A DNA stretch of 63,952 bases, the filler included, from Phoronis australis (Eukaryota; Animalia; Phoronida): assembly GCA_002633005.1 (NCBI GenBank). It is 9 parts of 9 records of this genome, joined end to end, with 100 filler letters (N's around TTAATTAATTAA, not from the genome) between each part and the next. Parts side by side here need not be neighbours in the genome. Positions count along the whole stretch, not along the records: positions 1 to 8,748 come from NMRA01001080.1; positions 8,849 to 12,910 come from NMRA01002721.1; 7 more parts are not named here. One strand, written 5' to 3'. The notes beneath the pieces were generated by a model. The model saw nothing but the letters and a program-made list of their open reading frames with translations. It ran no database searches and had not been told where the DNA came from. A program made the position numbers and the translations under genes. Within the stretch, counting starts at the first letter, position 1. Every line of letters starts with the position of its first letter. This document shows, piece after piece, positions 1 to 12,120 of this stretch.

Positions 1-14
1 TAGATCCGCCCCTG

Positions 15-3000
15 CAGTGTTGTCAGTGTTGAGTCTTGAATTCTTGGCGCGAATCCGGGTACCATTCAAACAAAAATCCACCTCGTAATGTCGTATTTTA
101 ACCTGAATTTCTGTAATCTAGAGTGAAAGGGACGAGATTCGGATTATCGGCTAGCCGCCGTACTGGGCAGTCGTGACAGCCGGACTTTAGCGGGGAAAAT
201 GGCTAAAATCTCAATTTTTCCCTTTTGACGTAGCAAAGTAAAAAGACATGGTTTTGTTGAATTTTTGCATCTGCGAGAAACCCCATAGAAAGTACTTTCT
301 GTCAGTTATGCCTTTTTGCAGGTGCCTTGAGACAGCGTGCAAGCACGGGCCTTCATCAGGTTAGGGCCTTCATTGACCCAGACCAGAGGTAACTGACGTC
401 AAAACCCGCCACTCGAACTGAGGTCAGGAAAGTGGCGCCTCTTCTGGGAATTCCACTTGGAAATATCGCATTTTGAATCTATTGCCTATGACAGAAGCGG
501 GTCTACAGGGGGGGTTTTCAGGGGGTTTTAAACCCCCCCTCGGGCCAGGACCCAAAAATTAAAAAAAGCGGCTCCAGCAAAACAAAAACGGCACCGCCAG
601 CGTGTGTAAACCCCAAGTATACCAACTTGGAAAAAATTGAGGGGGGGTTCACTTTGAAAATATAGTTTTTTGCATTGTGAATTGCTGAGTCTTTGTGGCT
701 CATCGGCAAAACGCGCGGGGATATATTGTGCGCGCGCTTCCGTCGACACTTCTGAAGTAGCCAAGCATTTTAGACGGATTCACCGCTGAAAGAGCAGTTC
801 TATAGCTGATTTCTTTAGGTAACTAGCTTCTTTACTCTAAGATATATTTTGATTTTATTAGGGGAAATACTGCGGTGCCGCAACCCTGATATTCAGGCTA
901 ATTGATGTGCAACGTTTTTACCTCATCTGTCATGCCGTGTCATTCTATTACACTCAACACGTTTGTAACTGGTGTATAGTAAAGNAGCAGATGTTCCAAC
1001 AAAAATTTTTGCTGGTGGCGTGTCTCATACCCAGATTTGCACAATATGGTTTCACGAAACTTATGTGCCAAGTTCATGTGACGAAATCGAGAACGGTTTT
1101 TAATTATCTTAAGAAAAACTCCAGAGACATGTTAAGTGACAGAAACTTACCAGGATGCGTGGAAATTTCACTATTTGGCTACAAAAACAAAAAATATGTT
1201 ACATGGGAGGGGAAACCCCCCCTCCCGACCTCCCCCCGCTCGGCGCTACGAGCCTAGGATTCGACCTTGGCGGGAATCTTAAACCCCCCCTTGCTGAAAA
1301 CGTAGATCCGCCACTGTATGATCTATGATTACACCATTGAGCAATGTTGAAACACAGTAAATGTTCAAGAATTTTCAAGCTTTTACATATGTTTGCTGTT
1401 CAGAATATTTAAATATGTGATTTCCTCACTGAAATGATGATTAAAAATAGAAACACACATGTATTTATTTAGTGTTTTCGGCGATTCGTCAATGATGAAT
1501 CAAATGATAAATTTGCAAGTCTATTCAACAAAATAGAAGTCATTACCTAGAATATCATTCTATCGCAGTGCCTGACCCTCAAAGCATATGCTCAGTTATA
1601 TGAAATAGTCAATGAGAATGAAGAGTCTGATATTAATTTTATTTAGGTTTTTATATTTTTAGAAAAATCACAAAAATATATTCTGATGTGTAGGTTTTGT
1701 ACCCTATTGATTGCGCCACAAGACCACTTGGTTATGCACTGAATCGTTTTGTTCTTGTTTCTACATGGTTACCGTTGCAACTGTTTTAATGGACCGCCCA
1801 ATCACTTGCAAGATGTGCGGGTCATTGTTTTTTATTTCCTCTGTGAACTGAGGTGTAGTTTATTCTAGTTTTGATCACTGATTGCGTGAAACGTTGTGAG
1901 GGGCTTACTATTGCCAGGTTAGTTTCTATTTTACGATGTATAGTTTAGTCTTATACTGAGGTACATGTTGGTTTAACCGTAACGCTGGTTTGCTCTGAGT
2001 TATTGTAGCACAACCTACCGTAAAATGGCGCCATTCAAGATCACTTTCTGCAATACCACGCACGTAAACTCACCCGTCAAGAAATTGTGGAAAACACGTC
2101 AATTCGCTACGTGGAGCAAAATGTGCTGCGTTTGAAAGCATTAGAGTCCCTTTTAATTGCTTTTGAGAAGCCTGTTTTGAATGAGCAGCAAACAGGGTCG
2201 CGCCGCACGTTACACTTGTTTGTGTGACTTTCCTGTTACCCTAATTCATTAGTCATTCTTTGCAGTATTTCACACCCGCCGTGTCTCACTGTGTGTGTCG
2301 TCAGCTTATACTCTGTGGTGGCATTACCGCGTCATTTTATCTTCACTTGAGAATGAAACAAGTATGTTTCGAAATATCGTGTGTCTTTTAATTATGTCGC
2401 TAGGTCAGTTCCTGTATCTATGTTCAGTTGAGAGTAGAGTTTTGTTCCGAAAGTATGAACGCAACGGAATAAAGACTGTGAACAATGAAAAGTGTCGTGC
2501 ATTTAACAAAAATGTGAGAGTGTGCAGCAAATATCTTGGAAAATTCCCAATCAACTTTTTAATGGAGTTTTATCAGTTTATGATTATTTTTCAAAAAATA
2601 CGGAATTACAGAGGGTTCATGAGGTTTAACTCTTCGAGAGAGACCCCACAAAAACTGCCTCGGGGAAATCAAAACGGCACTAATGGTAAACCCTTTTGGC
2701 CACTGATATCGCAGATCCGCCCCTCCACCTGTATCACATAGGACACGAATAATTAAAGAAACTCTTTTCCGTTGTTTGAACATTTGATCTATTCACATGA
2801 ATTTCCCAACCGCATAATAACAAAAACTCATTTCACAGCTTCCAAGCACGACCACGTGACTGTACTAGCATTTTTCGGCCTTATTCAAAAGTTTGACTTG
2901 AGCCGGGCAAAGCATGTAAGGCCCAATATTGTGGCATAATGTTTGTCTGACTATAGCAAAATACAAAATTTGCATTTCATGACATTATTTTCCTTAAAAA

Positions 3001-3870
3001 CAATATTGAAAAATCTTGTTATGGGATTTGTGTAACTGTTTTTGTCACGAGACCAGCAAGGATAGCGAATCAGAAACCCTTTCCTGTGACATATCACAGC
3101 CCTGTTCACAGTGTCTACGAATGAAATCTCATTTCTATTATATATTGACTTCAACGCTAAAGAACATCACGAAATTGTTGCAAAATTAGACAGTACCGAA
3201 CCATAATAGTGAGCTTGTGACTAAACGCGTGATAAGTGAATGCTATACCATAAAAACCCTCGTCACTTCGACGGCTTCCAAGCCAGGAGAGTCGAGAGCC
3301 ATTGACTTTGAAGATTTTTGCGAAAACAAAAGGAAAAGAAAAAACATTCTCGCAAGAAAATCGAAGTATTTCTTGTGAAAAGCTCTGAATAAATGCTTAA
3401 GTGTTGTCTGAGATGAATTCGTGTAACTCAGTTCAACTTTGCTCATTTCATGCTAACTCATCACCGATTATAGAAAATTCTAGACACATATTTGTAACTA
3501 CGATGAAAACACTGAATTTGTAAGTTTAATTTCGATGAAAAAAGAACACGTCTACGCAAGTTACCGCTATCAACATGACAACTCTATGCATGATGATGCG
3601 CCTACATCATTTTTTTCATGATTATCCAATCGTCCAGTATTGCCACACTCAAAATTGGTTGAAAACACGACAATGATTTCTCTTTATAACTGTGATGCAT
3701 ACTATCACAAACCTCTGGTTTATTTGTCGATCCACCAAAGAACTACTGGTCAATTAGATATATACGAAAGAAAAATATCAAATGAAGAGTTGAGCACCGC
3801 TTGCTATCAATCTCAGGCCATAGCTCTATTCATTTTGATCGCGAAGAATTCAAATCAATTGCTAAATCTT
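15..3870. repeat. Copy A of an old ~4-kb tandem segmental duplication (copy B ~4577-8350)
   Basis: Collinear diverged blocks: ~15-490 plus 1317-2020 match ~4577-5990, and ~2545-3870 match ~6855-8350 (e.g. ccactgat..cgcagatccgcccctccacctgtatcacataggacacgaataa in both). Boundaries approximate. Confidence 0.85.
492..1316. mobile_element. Non-autonomous hAT-like DNA transposon with 5-bp TSD
   Basis: Termini cagaagcgggtcta...tagatccgccactg; tatga on both flanks (487-491, 1317-1321); the paralogous site at ~5225-5240 lacks the insertion. Confidence 0.85.
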
Positions 3871-4576
3871 GGCGAGGAAAGTTTTGAAAACCGTTTGTAA
3901 TGTTATGTTGTCACGACGTGACTTCATGCGACTCTTTTGGACTCTTGGCTCTTAACAACGGCTAGATTGATATTAAGGCAAGGAGGAAATGACATTTTCG
4001 CGAAAGAAACTTAAAAGTCTATGAGATGATTCCAAACTCGGAACAGGCTTAAGACTATCAGGAATTTCCGATTACGGCCCCCAAAGTTTCAGTTTTTTTT
4101 CCAGAATAAACAATGCCACTGAGTTCCAAAGAATGGGCTTTGAGAAACAGCCCAAACCAACTGATGGTTGCTGCAGATTTCAAGGAGTCTCTGGTTAAGA
4201 AGTCAAGAGAATAATAGATGAGATTTCGAGAACATGAAAAATAGAATCAGTGAATAATATGTAATTCAAGGCAATTCTGGTTGGACCAAATTTGTACATT
4301 CAGAATGGCCCTTATATCGGATTGGCCGAAAATCAGTACGTGCTTAATATTAATGTAAATTACAATGCTTTTCCGGCAGGTAGGGGTCTAGGACCATGGT
4401 TCAGGCCCCCTCAAACGAAGAAAAAAGTGTAAGTCGGGCTTGACCCCAATTTTGTTGATTAGATGGGAAGTGATTGCTTCGAATGGTATTCAATAGTTCC
4501 TTGAACTTGTTTAGAGTGAATTGGATTCAGAAATTTGGCCTCAGCTCTTATGAGACCAGTTTCAGAGCATTATATA

Positions 4577-6743
4577 CTTGTTGAATCTTGAATTCTTGAC
4601 GCGAATCCAGGTACCATTCAGACAAAAACCCTCGTTGGTAATGTCATATTGTAATATGCTTTTCTGTAATCTAGAGAGAAAGGGCATCTGGATTATCAGT
4701 TAAAGTCTCTTTTCTTGCAGTGAGCAGTCGTGAATTTGTGATTTTATGTTAAAAATTGCCTAAAATCTCCCATTTTTGGCATCTCAAAAATTTTCAGACA
4801 AAAACCTGGTTGGTAATGTCACATTTTAACCTGCATTTCTGTAATCTAGAGTGAAAAGGCAATCGGGTTATCGGTTATGATTTAATTTCTTGCAGTGGAC
4901 AGTCGTGAATTTTGAGATTTTAGGTGAAAAAATGGCTAACATCGCCCATTTTTGTCCACTTTGGCATCTCAAAATTTTCCCGATGGCAGTTAACAAAGTA
5001 AAAAGACATGGCTTTGTTGAATTTTCTCATCTTTAGGAAACTCCTTAGAAAGTACTTTCTGTCAGCTATGTCTTTCTTCCAGGGGCCTTGAGAAAGCGTG
5101 CAAACAACGGCTTTCATTGACCCAGACCAGTGGTACCGTCAAAATTCGCCAATCGAACAGTTGTCCGGAAAGTGGCGCTTCACCTGGGAATTCTATATGA
5201 AAATATCGGATTTCGAAGTTATTGCCTGTGACCTAAGATTGCATCATTGAGCAATGATTAAATACAGTAACTGTTCAAGAATTTTCAGGCTTTTATATTG
5301 CTCTGAATATTTTAGACATTCGTTGTGATTTTCTTTCTGAAATGATGATTTACAATGGAAACATAATTATATATATTTATTTAGTGTTTTGGGCGCTTCG
5401 TCAATGATGAATCAAATGATAACTTGCAAGTCTGGCTGCTGAACAAACATACAAGTCATTACCTAGAATATAATTGTCTCCCAGTGCCCGACTCTCAAAA
5501 CATATGTTCAATTATATGAAATAGTCCGTGAGAACGAACTTTCTGATACTTATTTATGTTTTTATATTTGTAGAAAATTCACAAAAAGATGTTCTGATGT
5601 GCAGGATTTGAAACCTCATTGTATACGGAACTGGCTGTGACTCTGGTATAGTGGTTGTGCCACAAGACCATGGGAGTGATGGTGAATGTTTCGTACAATT
5701 GGTTATGCACTCTTTTTGTTCTTGCTTGTAGGTAGTTACCGTTGCAATTATTTTAAAGGACCGCCCAATCACTTGCAAGATTTGTGGGTCATTGTCTTTG
5801 ATTTGTTCTGTGAACTGGAGTGAAGTTTATTCTAGTTTTGATCACTGATTGCGCGAGACGTTGAGAGGGGTTTACTTTTGCCAGGTTAGTTTCTATTTTA
5901 CGGTGTTTAGTTTAGCCTTATGTTGAGGTACATTGGTTTAACAGTAACGCTGGTTTGCTCTGAGTTATTGTAGCACAACTTACCGTAGAATAGGGTAATT
6001 ATATTTTCACAATTTGTACTTGCATTTGTGAGAGACCTAGGTTGTGTACTTTTAATGGATTGACCCGTGCGTAATGTTGGTAGTCTTTCGATATGGATTT
6101 TAATTGTTGATAATAATTTTGCAGGAGAAGTTTGCTAACCTCACGGTGTTGTATTTATTGTTACAGAATTATACTCACTAGGATCAGAGAAAGTCGTCGT
6201 GTCACAACCAGTCCAACTGAATTGTATGTGATTTAGTTTGTTGTAATAAACTTTAATTGTATGCACATTGTATAAAGTGTACTGTGATCTTTTAACTTAC
6301 GAAGTGAATTTCTGTATATTATAATGGCATTCAGTATGATTAATTTGTCATTTGTCGTGGTCATGTATGGTTTATTTAGGACTGATAATAAGTTTTATGG
6401 TTTCATTTCACAGGTGCTATGAAAAACAATAAACCTCGAAACAGTCTACACATCGTTTACTTGACAACGAGTCCCGTTATACCGGTAGTGCATTGAGGGA
6501 ACATATTCCGACCGGTGTTACACAGCTTTGTCCGTTCACAAATATGTCTCTTGCTGTACGAGGCGCAAGGTTATAGTGCGTAATACGGGTAGTCGTCCGC
6601 ATTAGCTAAGTAAAATTTCTTGTCAGTCGAAATTCATGGATGGATTTGATTGGAAGGATGTATAGAAATTTGATTGTGCGGGTGTATGGAATGATTTGAT
6701 TGGGTGGAAGTATCCAAATGTGTTTTTTGTTATCGTAATTCAC

Positions 6744-6801
<58 letters not shown>

Positions 6802-8350
6802 GTTGTTACATTCTAAATTTCCTCACGAAAGCTTAGACAGTGAGCAACAAATAAGTTGGGAAATTCACATTCCATTTTTAAGGGAGGTTGATCTGTTTAT
6901 GATTCCTTTTCCAGTGAGGGGGCGGAGTTACATGAGGTTCATGAGGTCTTACTCTTCGAGGGAGACCCCCTTAAAATGGCATAGGGACATCAAAAGGGCA
7001 CTAATAGTAAACCCTTTCGGCCACTGATTTCGCAGATCCGCCCCTCCACCTGTATCACATAGGACACGAATAATAAAAGAAACTCTTTTCCGTTGTTTTA
7101 ACATTTGATCTACTCACATGAATTTCCCAACCGAATAATAACAAAAACTCATTTCACATCTTCCAAGCACGAGCAAGTTACTGTACTAGCATTTTTCGGC
7201 CATATTCAAAAGTTTTAAATCAGCCGGGCACACATGTAAGGCACAGTATTGTGGCATAATTATTGTCTGACTATCACAAATTTCAATTTTTTGTTGACAT
7301 TATTTTACTTAAAAGTAATGTCGAATTGAAAGATTCGAAAAATCTTGTGATTGCATTTGTGTTGCAATTTATGTCACTAGACTAGCAGGGATAGAGAATC
7401 AGGCACTTCCGTGACCCATCACAGCCCTATTCACAGTGTCTACCAATGAAATATCATTTCCAATATATACAGACTTCAACGCCACAAACACCACGCCTTG
7501 AACACCACGAAATCGTGGCAAAATGAGATGGTACCGAAGCAAAATACTAAGCTTTGTGACTAAACGCGTGATAAGTGAATGCTATACCATAAGCTGTCGT
7601 CACTACTATGGCTTCCAATCCAGGAAAGTCCAGGTCAAATGATTTGGCAGATTTTTGTGAAAGAAATGAAAATGCAAACACGTTCTCGCTGGAAAATCGA
7701 AGTATTTCTTGTGAAAAGCTCTGAACAACTGTTAATGTGTTATCGGAGGTTAATTCGCGTTATTCTGTTCAACTTTGCACTTTTCATGCTTAATTATCAC
7801 CGATTATAGAAAATTCTAGACATTTATTTGTAACTTTGATGAATAAACAGAGTTTGTAAGATTAATTTCGAAAGAAGAACACGTCTGCGCAAATTACGGC
7901 GTTCTCCATAATAGTTTGCATGGTGATGTGACTGCCTTATATCATTTTTGTGTTTCAAAAATGATGTTTTCTGGGTTAAAACTTAGAATTGTCTAAAGTA
8001 ATTGAAGAAAGTGACCCTTACTTACGATAGTAGTCAGCTGTAGTAACATCATGATAGAAAATGGTTAACAGCTCTGAACACATAAACAAGTATCAACAAA
8101 ATACAATATTTTAATGATTGTCCAACCGTCCAGTATTGCGCCACTCAAAAAATAGTTGAAGACACGACAATGTTGTCTGCTTGCAACTTTTATGCACACT
8201 CCCTCAAACACCCGGTTTATATTTCGATCCATCGAAACATTACTGATGGATTTGAAATATGAAAAATGTCAAACGAAGATTTGATCACCGCTTGCTATCA
8301 GTCTCCGGTGATAGCTCTATTCGTTTTGATCGGGAAGATTTCAAACCACT
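4577..8350. repeat. Copy B of the tandem segmental duplication; includes an internal ~176-bp tandem duplication (~4620-4975)
   Basis: Collinear similarity to 15-3870; gacaaaaacc..ttggtaatgtca..tgtaatctagag occurs at ~4620 and ~4797. Confidence 0.8.
6747..6798. repeat. (CT)n microsatellite
   Basis: Direct reading of the sequence. Confidence 0.98.
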
Positions 8351-8748
8351 TCGTACATTTTGTGGTGTGGTGTCTTCGACACAGGGTTAGATGTGTAGTT
8401 AGTGTAGCTTAGTATAGTTAGTGCTTGCACTTTCTAGCTTTCAGCTTCTGCGACCACCTAGTCCTCTGAGACGAATTAGGAAGGCATGTGTAAGACCCGC
8501 CTTGGTGGCCTTTAACTACCTCTAATCAAGACTCTTGCAGTACCTCCTCGTGGTACACCATGGTAACTGGGCACCCTGCGGCCCCAGGCTAATTCTTGCA
8601 AGGGATCTCGGAAGAGGTTAGGCTCTTAAAGGTGCAACGTGCATGACCCATCGGTGTATGGATATGCTCTGGCGTTCACCAACCTAACTCCCAGCTATGG
8701 GCAAATAGCACCCTTCATTGGTTGGGCTCAAGACTTACTACCTTGTCC

Positions 8749-8848
8749 NNNNNNNNNNNNNNNNNNNNNNNNNNNNNNNNNNNNNNNNNNNNTTAATTAA
8801 TTAANNNNNNNNNNNNNNNNNNNNNNNNNNNNNNNNNNNNNNNNNNNN
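8749..8848. other. Artificial assembly spacer 44N-TTAATTAATTAA-44N (also at 12911-13010, 18109-18208, 21866-21965, 33716-33815, 38753-38852, 44401-44500, 58428-58527)
   Basis: Identical 100-bp structure eight times; the 12-mer puts stop codons in all six frames. Confidence 0.97.
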
Positions 8849-10337
8849 CAATAAACAACCCTAGAAGGATACCGTATGCGGTGCAATTGTGGGCGCATTT
8901 CAACGCTCTGCGTTGCTCTTGTTATATTTCAAAATGACCAAGTTTTAAGTTTAGGATACAGCGCAGCTGAAATGCTTTAGGGAAGCCACCTCAACATGAA
9001 GGAATTAAAAAACTTTTTACTACCAAGAATTTCTAGGTTCCCATGGGGGCCGTACGAGGGGCTACTAGACTAGTGGCTGAGTGGCCGGGAGCATTCAGCG
9101 TTCTCCGTAGGGCGTCTCCTATCGGACATGCGATCAATTTAGCTCGTAAAATCGTGTCGGAACAGCTGCATACACACACCGATTAACGGTGCCTCAATCT
9201 TTTATTGGAGACGTGGCCTGACCAGCAACATGGACTTGCCGTTGTGGATCGGTAATTCTGATGTAAGCAGCACAGCCTGTGTCCTATGATACTGTGTGGG
9301 ACTTTTTATGAAATCAAGGAGGCATGGTTATCTTTACATGTCCAACATTGCAACAGAAACTTGGCAGAATATGCATGCATTACCGGTAGCAATTCTTGAT
9401 TCGTTGGTACTCCAAAACGTTCAAATACGCTTTACCTCTGTCGGTCAGTGATAAATATATCTGTGATAAATATATCTGTTAACCTGAACATCCGTTTATA
9501 AAGCTGATTAAAGCAAGGATTGTTGTACAAAAATAAGTTAGTAAATAACTTGATAAATAACCAGGAAATTACTGAATATCAACAACGTTGTTATTGCTTT
9601 GAGCCTGCAAAGATTTCGAAACAATTAACAAGCGTGGTTATTATTCCTGTTTTTCACATTAACTTAAAGATATTTAAAAACTTTGAATCCTATTCTGTGC
9701 AGCCAGAATATATTCATTTTAAACATTTTGTACAGAAACTAAAATTATTATTCTTCTTCATACTTTGGTCACATCACGTGAAAAGCTCTGTTAGGTCACG
9801 TGATGTGTTCTATTAACATATGGCATGTAAGAAGAACGACAAACAATTCTACATGCTGATTTATAGAGGACAATAATAGTTAGTAAGGCCCTCAAATCCT
9901 CGATTACAATTTGAGACCCCCAAATCGCACTCGGCCTCATTTCAACTTGTCCTCAGTTCAAATGGTTATGTAGGACCGTAAGTCTTCATAGCCAAATATT
10001 TACAAAAACTATAAAATTATAACTCTGCAAAAGTTTGTTTTCTGAAAGCAGATATTCCACAGGACTTGATTTATGACTTTACACCAATGTGCCACTAATT
10101 TGGTCCCGTGACCTTGCATTTTATGAAAATTTAACAAAAAGGAAGGTACATTCTAAGCAAAACAAGAGCATCATTTCGTGTGATGTAAACGATCAAGATA
10201 AATTTTAGAAAATACTGTTTTCTAGACTATCATTTTGTATTCGGCATTTTTTCATATAAGTTCATTTTGTATAGCCTCTTGTACAAAAGTGGAACTTTGA
10301 AAAAAACAATTACCATAAAAGCGTTTTGGAGAAGTAN

Positions 10338-10432
<95 letters not shown>
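10338..10432. repeat. Compound (TA)n/(CATATA)n microsatellite
   Basis: Direct reading of the sequence. Confidence 0.97.
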
Positions 10433-10433
<1 letters not shown>

Positions 10434-10434
<1 letters not shown>

Positions 10435-10555
10435 GATTATTACATGGCGAAGTCGTTAACCCTCCATATATGTAGAGCCCGAGTGGATTTTGGAGAATTA
10501 TCGCCCGAGGGGCGCTAAGAAAAGGGGGATAACCACTGAGAACATGTAATAATCT
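10434..10555. mobile_element. Short unclassified MITE-like element with 13-bp perfect inverted repeat
   Basis: agattattacatg (10434-10446) and catgtaataatct (10543-10555). Confidence 0.5.
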
Positions 10556-11111
10556 ATTTACACCACATACTGAACAAGAAACAGTGCAATGAATCGATCT
10601 ACCTTTCTCGACTCGCCTCGGCTTTGTAACTACTTTCTATGTCAGAGGCCCGGGGTCGGAGGTCGTGACCTTTTAAGAAAAGCCGAGCTTTTTTGTCAAA
10701 TAATGCTTTTACTCAAAACTAATTTAAAATTTAAACAAAATAGAAATAAAGTGAATCTATATATTAAGGTTTAGCAACTATCTTACTGCACATTTCATCA
10801 CGCTAAGCTGCGACCGGGAAAATATCGTCTGCTAAAGTATGTTACCACTGATAACTTAGTATAATGCTCAAGCCAAAGGATCTTGACTACACGATATCCG
10901 CTTTCAAGCTGGAAGATCGCTGATTTACAAGTGAGAGAACATGAGAGAAAAAATTCGCTAAATTAAAATATTGTTTTTATGGAAATTATGCGTCTTCTTT
11001 TCATAGCGTATAGATGTCGGTCACACAATGCCCTTTAGGGCTTTAGGCCTATTGAACATGCGATTGTTGCGCGTGCTCATTAAAGTCCTTCTCTCACGCG
11101 TTGTTAACCCT

Positions 11112-11399
11112 TATTACATGGTTAGAAGATGTTATAAGGATCCAAGAAGTACCTATCCCATAACTAATACACAATCCGTACTCGAAAACAGTTTAAATGA
11201 ACGCGCCAGATATTTATTCAATTCCCACCTCTTGTACTTAACGCAAAACGCAACATGAAGCTTATTTTTGCTACTGTAGGTAGACCAGCCTTCAAACAGA
11301 GTTATTACATGGTTAGAAGATGTTATAAGGATCCAAGAAGTACCTACCCCATAACTAATACACGATCCGTACTCGAAAACAGTTTAAATGAACGCGCCA
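11112..11399. repeat. ~97-bp direct repeat, two copies (~11112-11208 and ~11302-11399)
   Basis: ttattacatggttagaagatgttataaggatcc...aaatgaacgcgcca is near-identical in both copies. Confidence 0.92.
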
Positions 11400-11776
11400 C
11401 TCACGATTCGCACCCGAAGAAACACCGCCATTTGGAACTTGCCGCGAACCCGAAAGTACAATTCATTAAGGAACCCAGGCCGAGAAAACGCCGTCAGTGC
11501 GACTGGAGCAGTGCCTGTACTGTTACCAGCCAGCAAACGGGGATAAAATAATCGACAGCGCGCCTTAATTTTGATAAAATGAAACTACGGACAGTTTTAT
11601 GGAATTTGCTGAAGAAATGTGGCGAATAAATTTTGACAGAAATTATTTTGCAAGACTCGGGACCGCAGTCTATCGGACCCGGTGCGGATCGAGACCAGAC
11701 ACTGGCGAACGGTAAATGCACGCGGTTGCAAGCTGTTTTGTCGAAGTAAAATGGTCAAACGATATATATTCAATAT

Positions 11777-12120
11777 ATATATTCAAGGGTAGTTTCAGAC
11801 ACTTGCATGAAATTACGGGCTGGTTAGTCCTGTGTCACACTGCCGCGGCAGACCTTAGTTAGCCTCAGTCACCAGCTCCAGTGAAGACTATAGTCAAAAT
11901 ACAGCTTGTTAGTAGGCCTTGACAGCCTCCCGTTCAGTAACGCTAGGATATATTCAAGGGTAGTTTCAGACACTTGCATGAAATTACGGGCTGGTTAGTC
12001 CTGTGTCACACTGCCGCGGCAGACCTTAGTTAGCCTCAGTCACCAGCTACCAGTGAAGACTATAGTCAAAATACAGCTTATTAGTAGGCCTATACAGCCT
12101 CCCGTTCAGTAGCGCTAGGA
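11777..12120. repeat. ~172-bp tandem duplication
   Basis: atattcaagggtagtttcagacac...cgttcagta.cgctagga occurs twice in tandem, near-identical. Confidence 0.93.

Noticed and set aside
5620-6522. Possible solo LTR ending ...ccggtgttaca with an upstream aataaa
   Set aside because: No matching TG start with a target-site duplication could be found.
6704-10518. ORFs with SLSLSL and YIYIYT runs
   Set aside because: They are translations of microsatellites.
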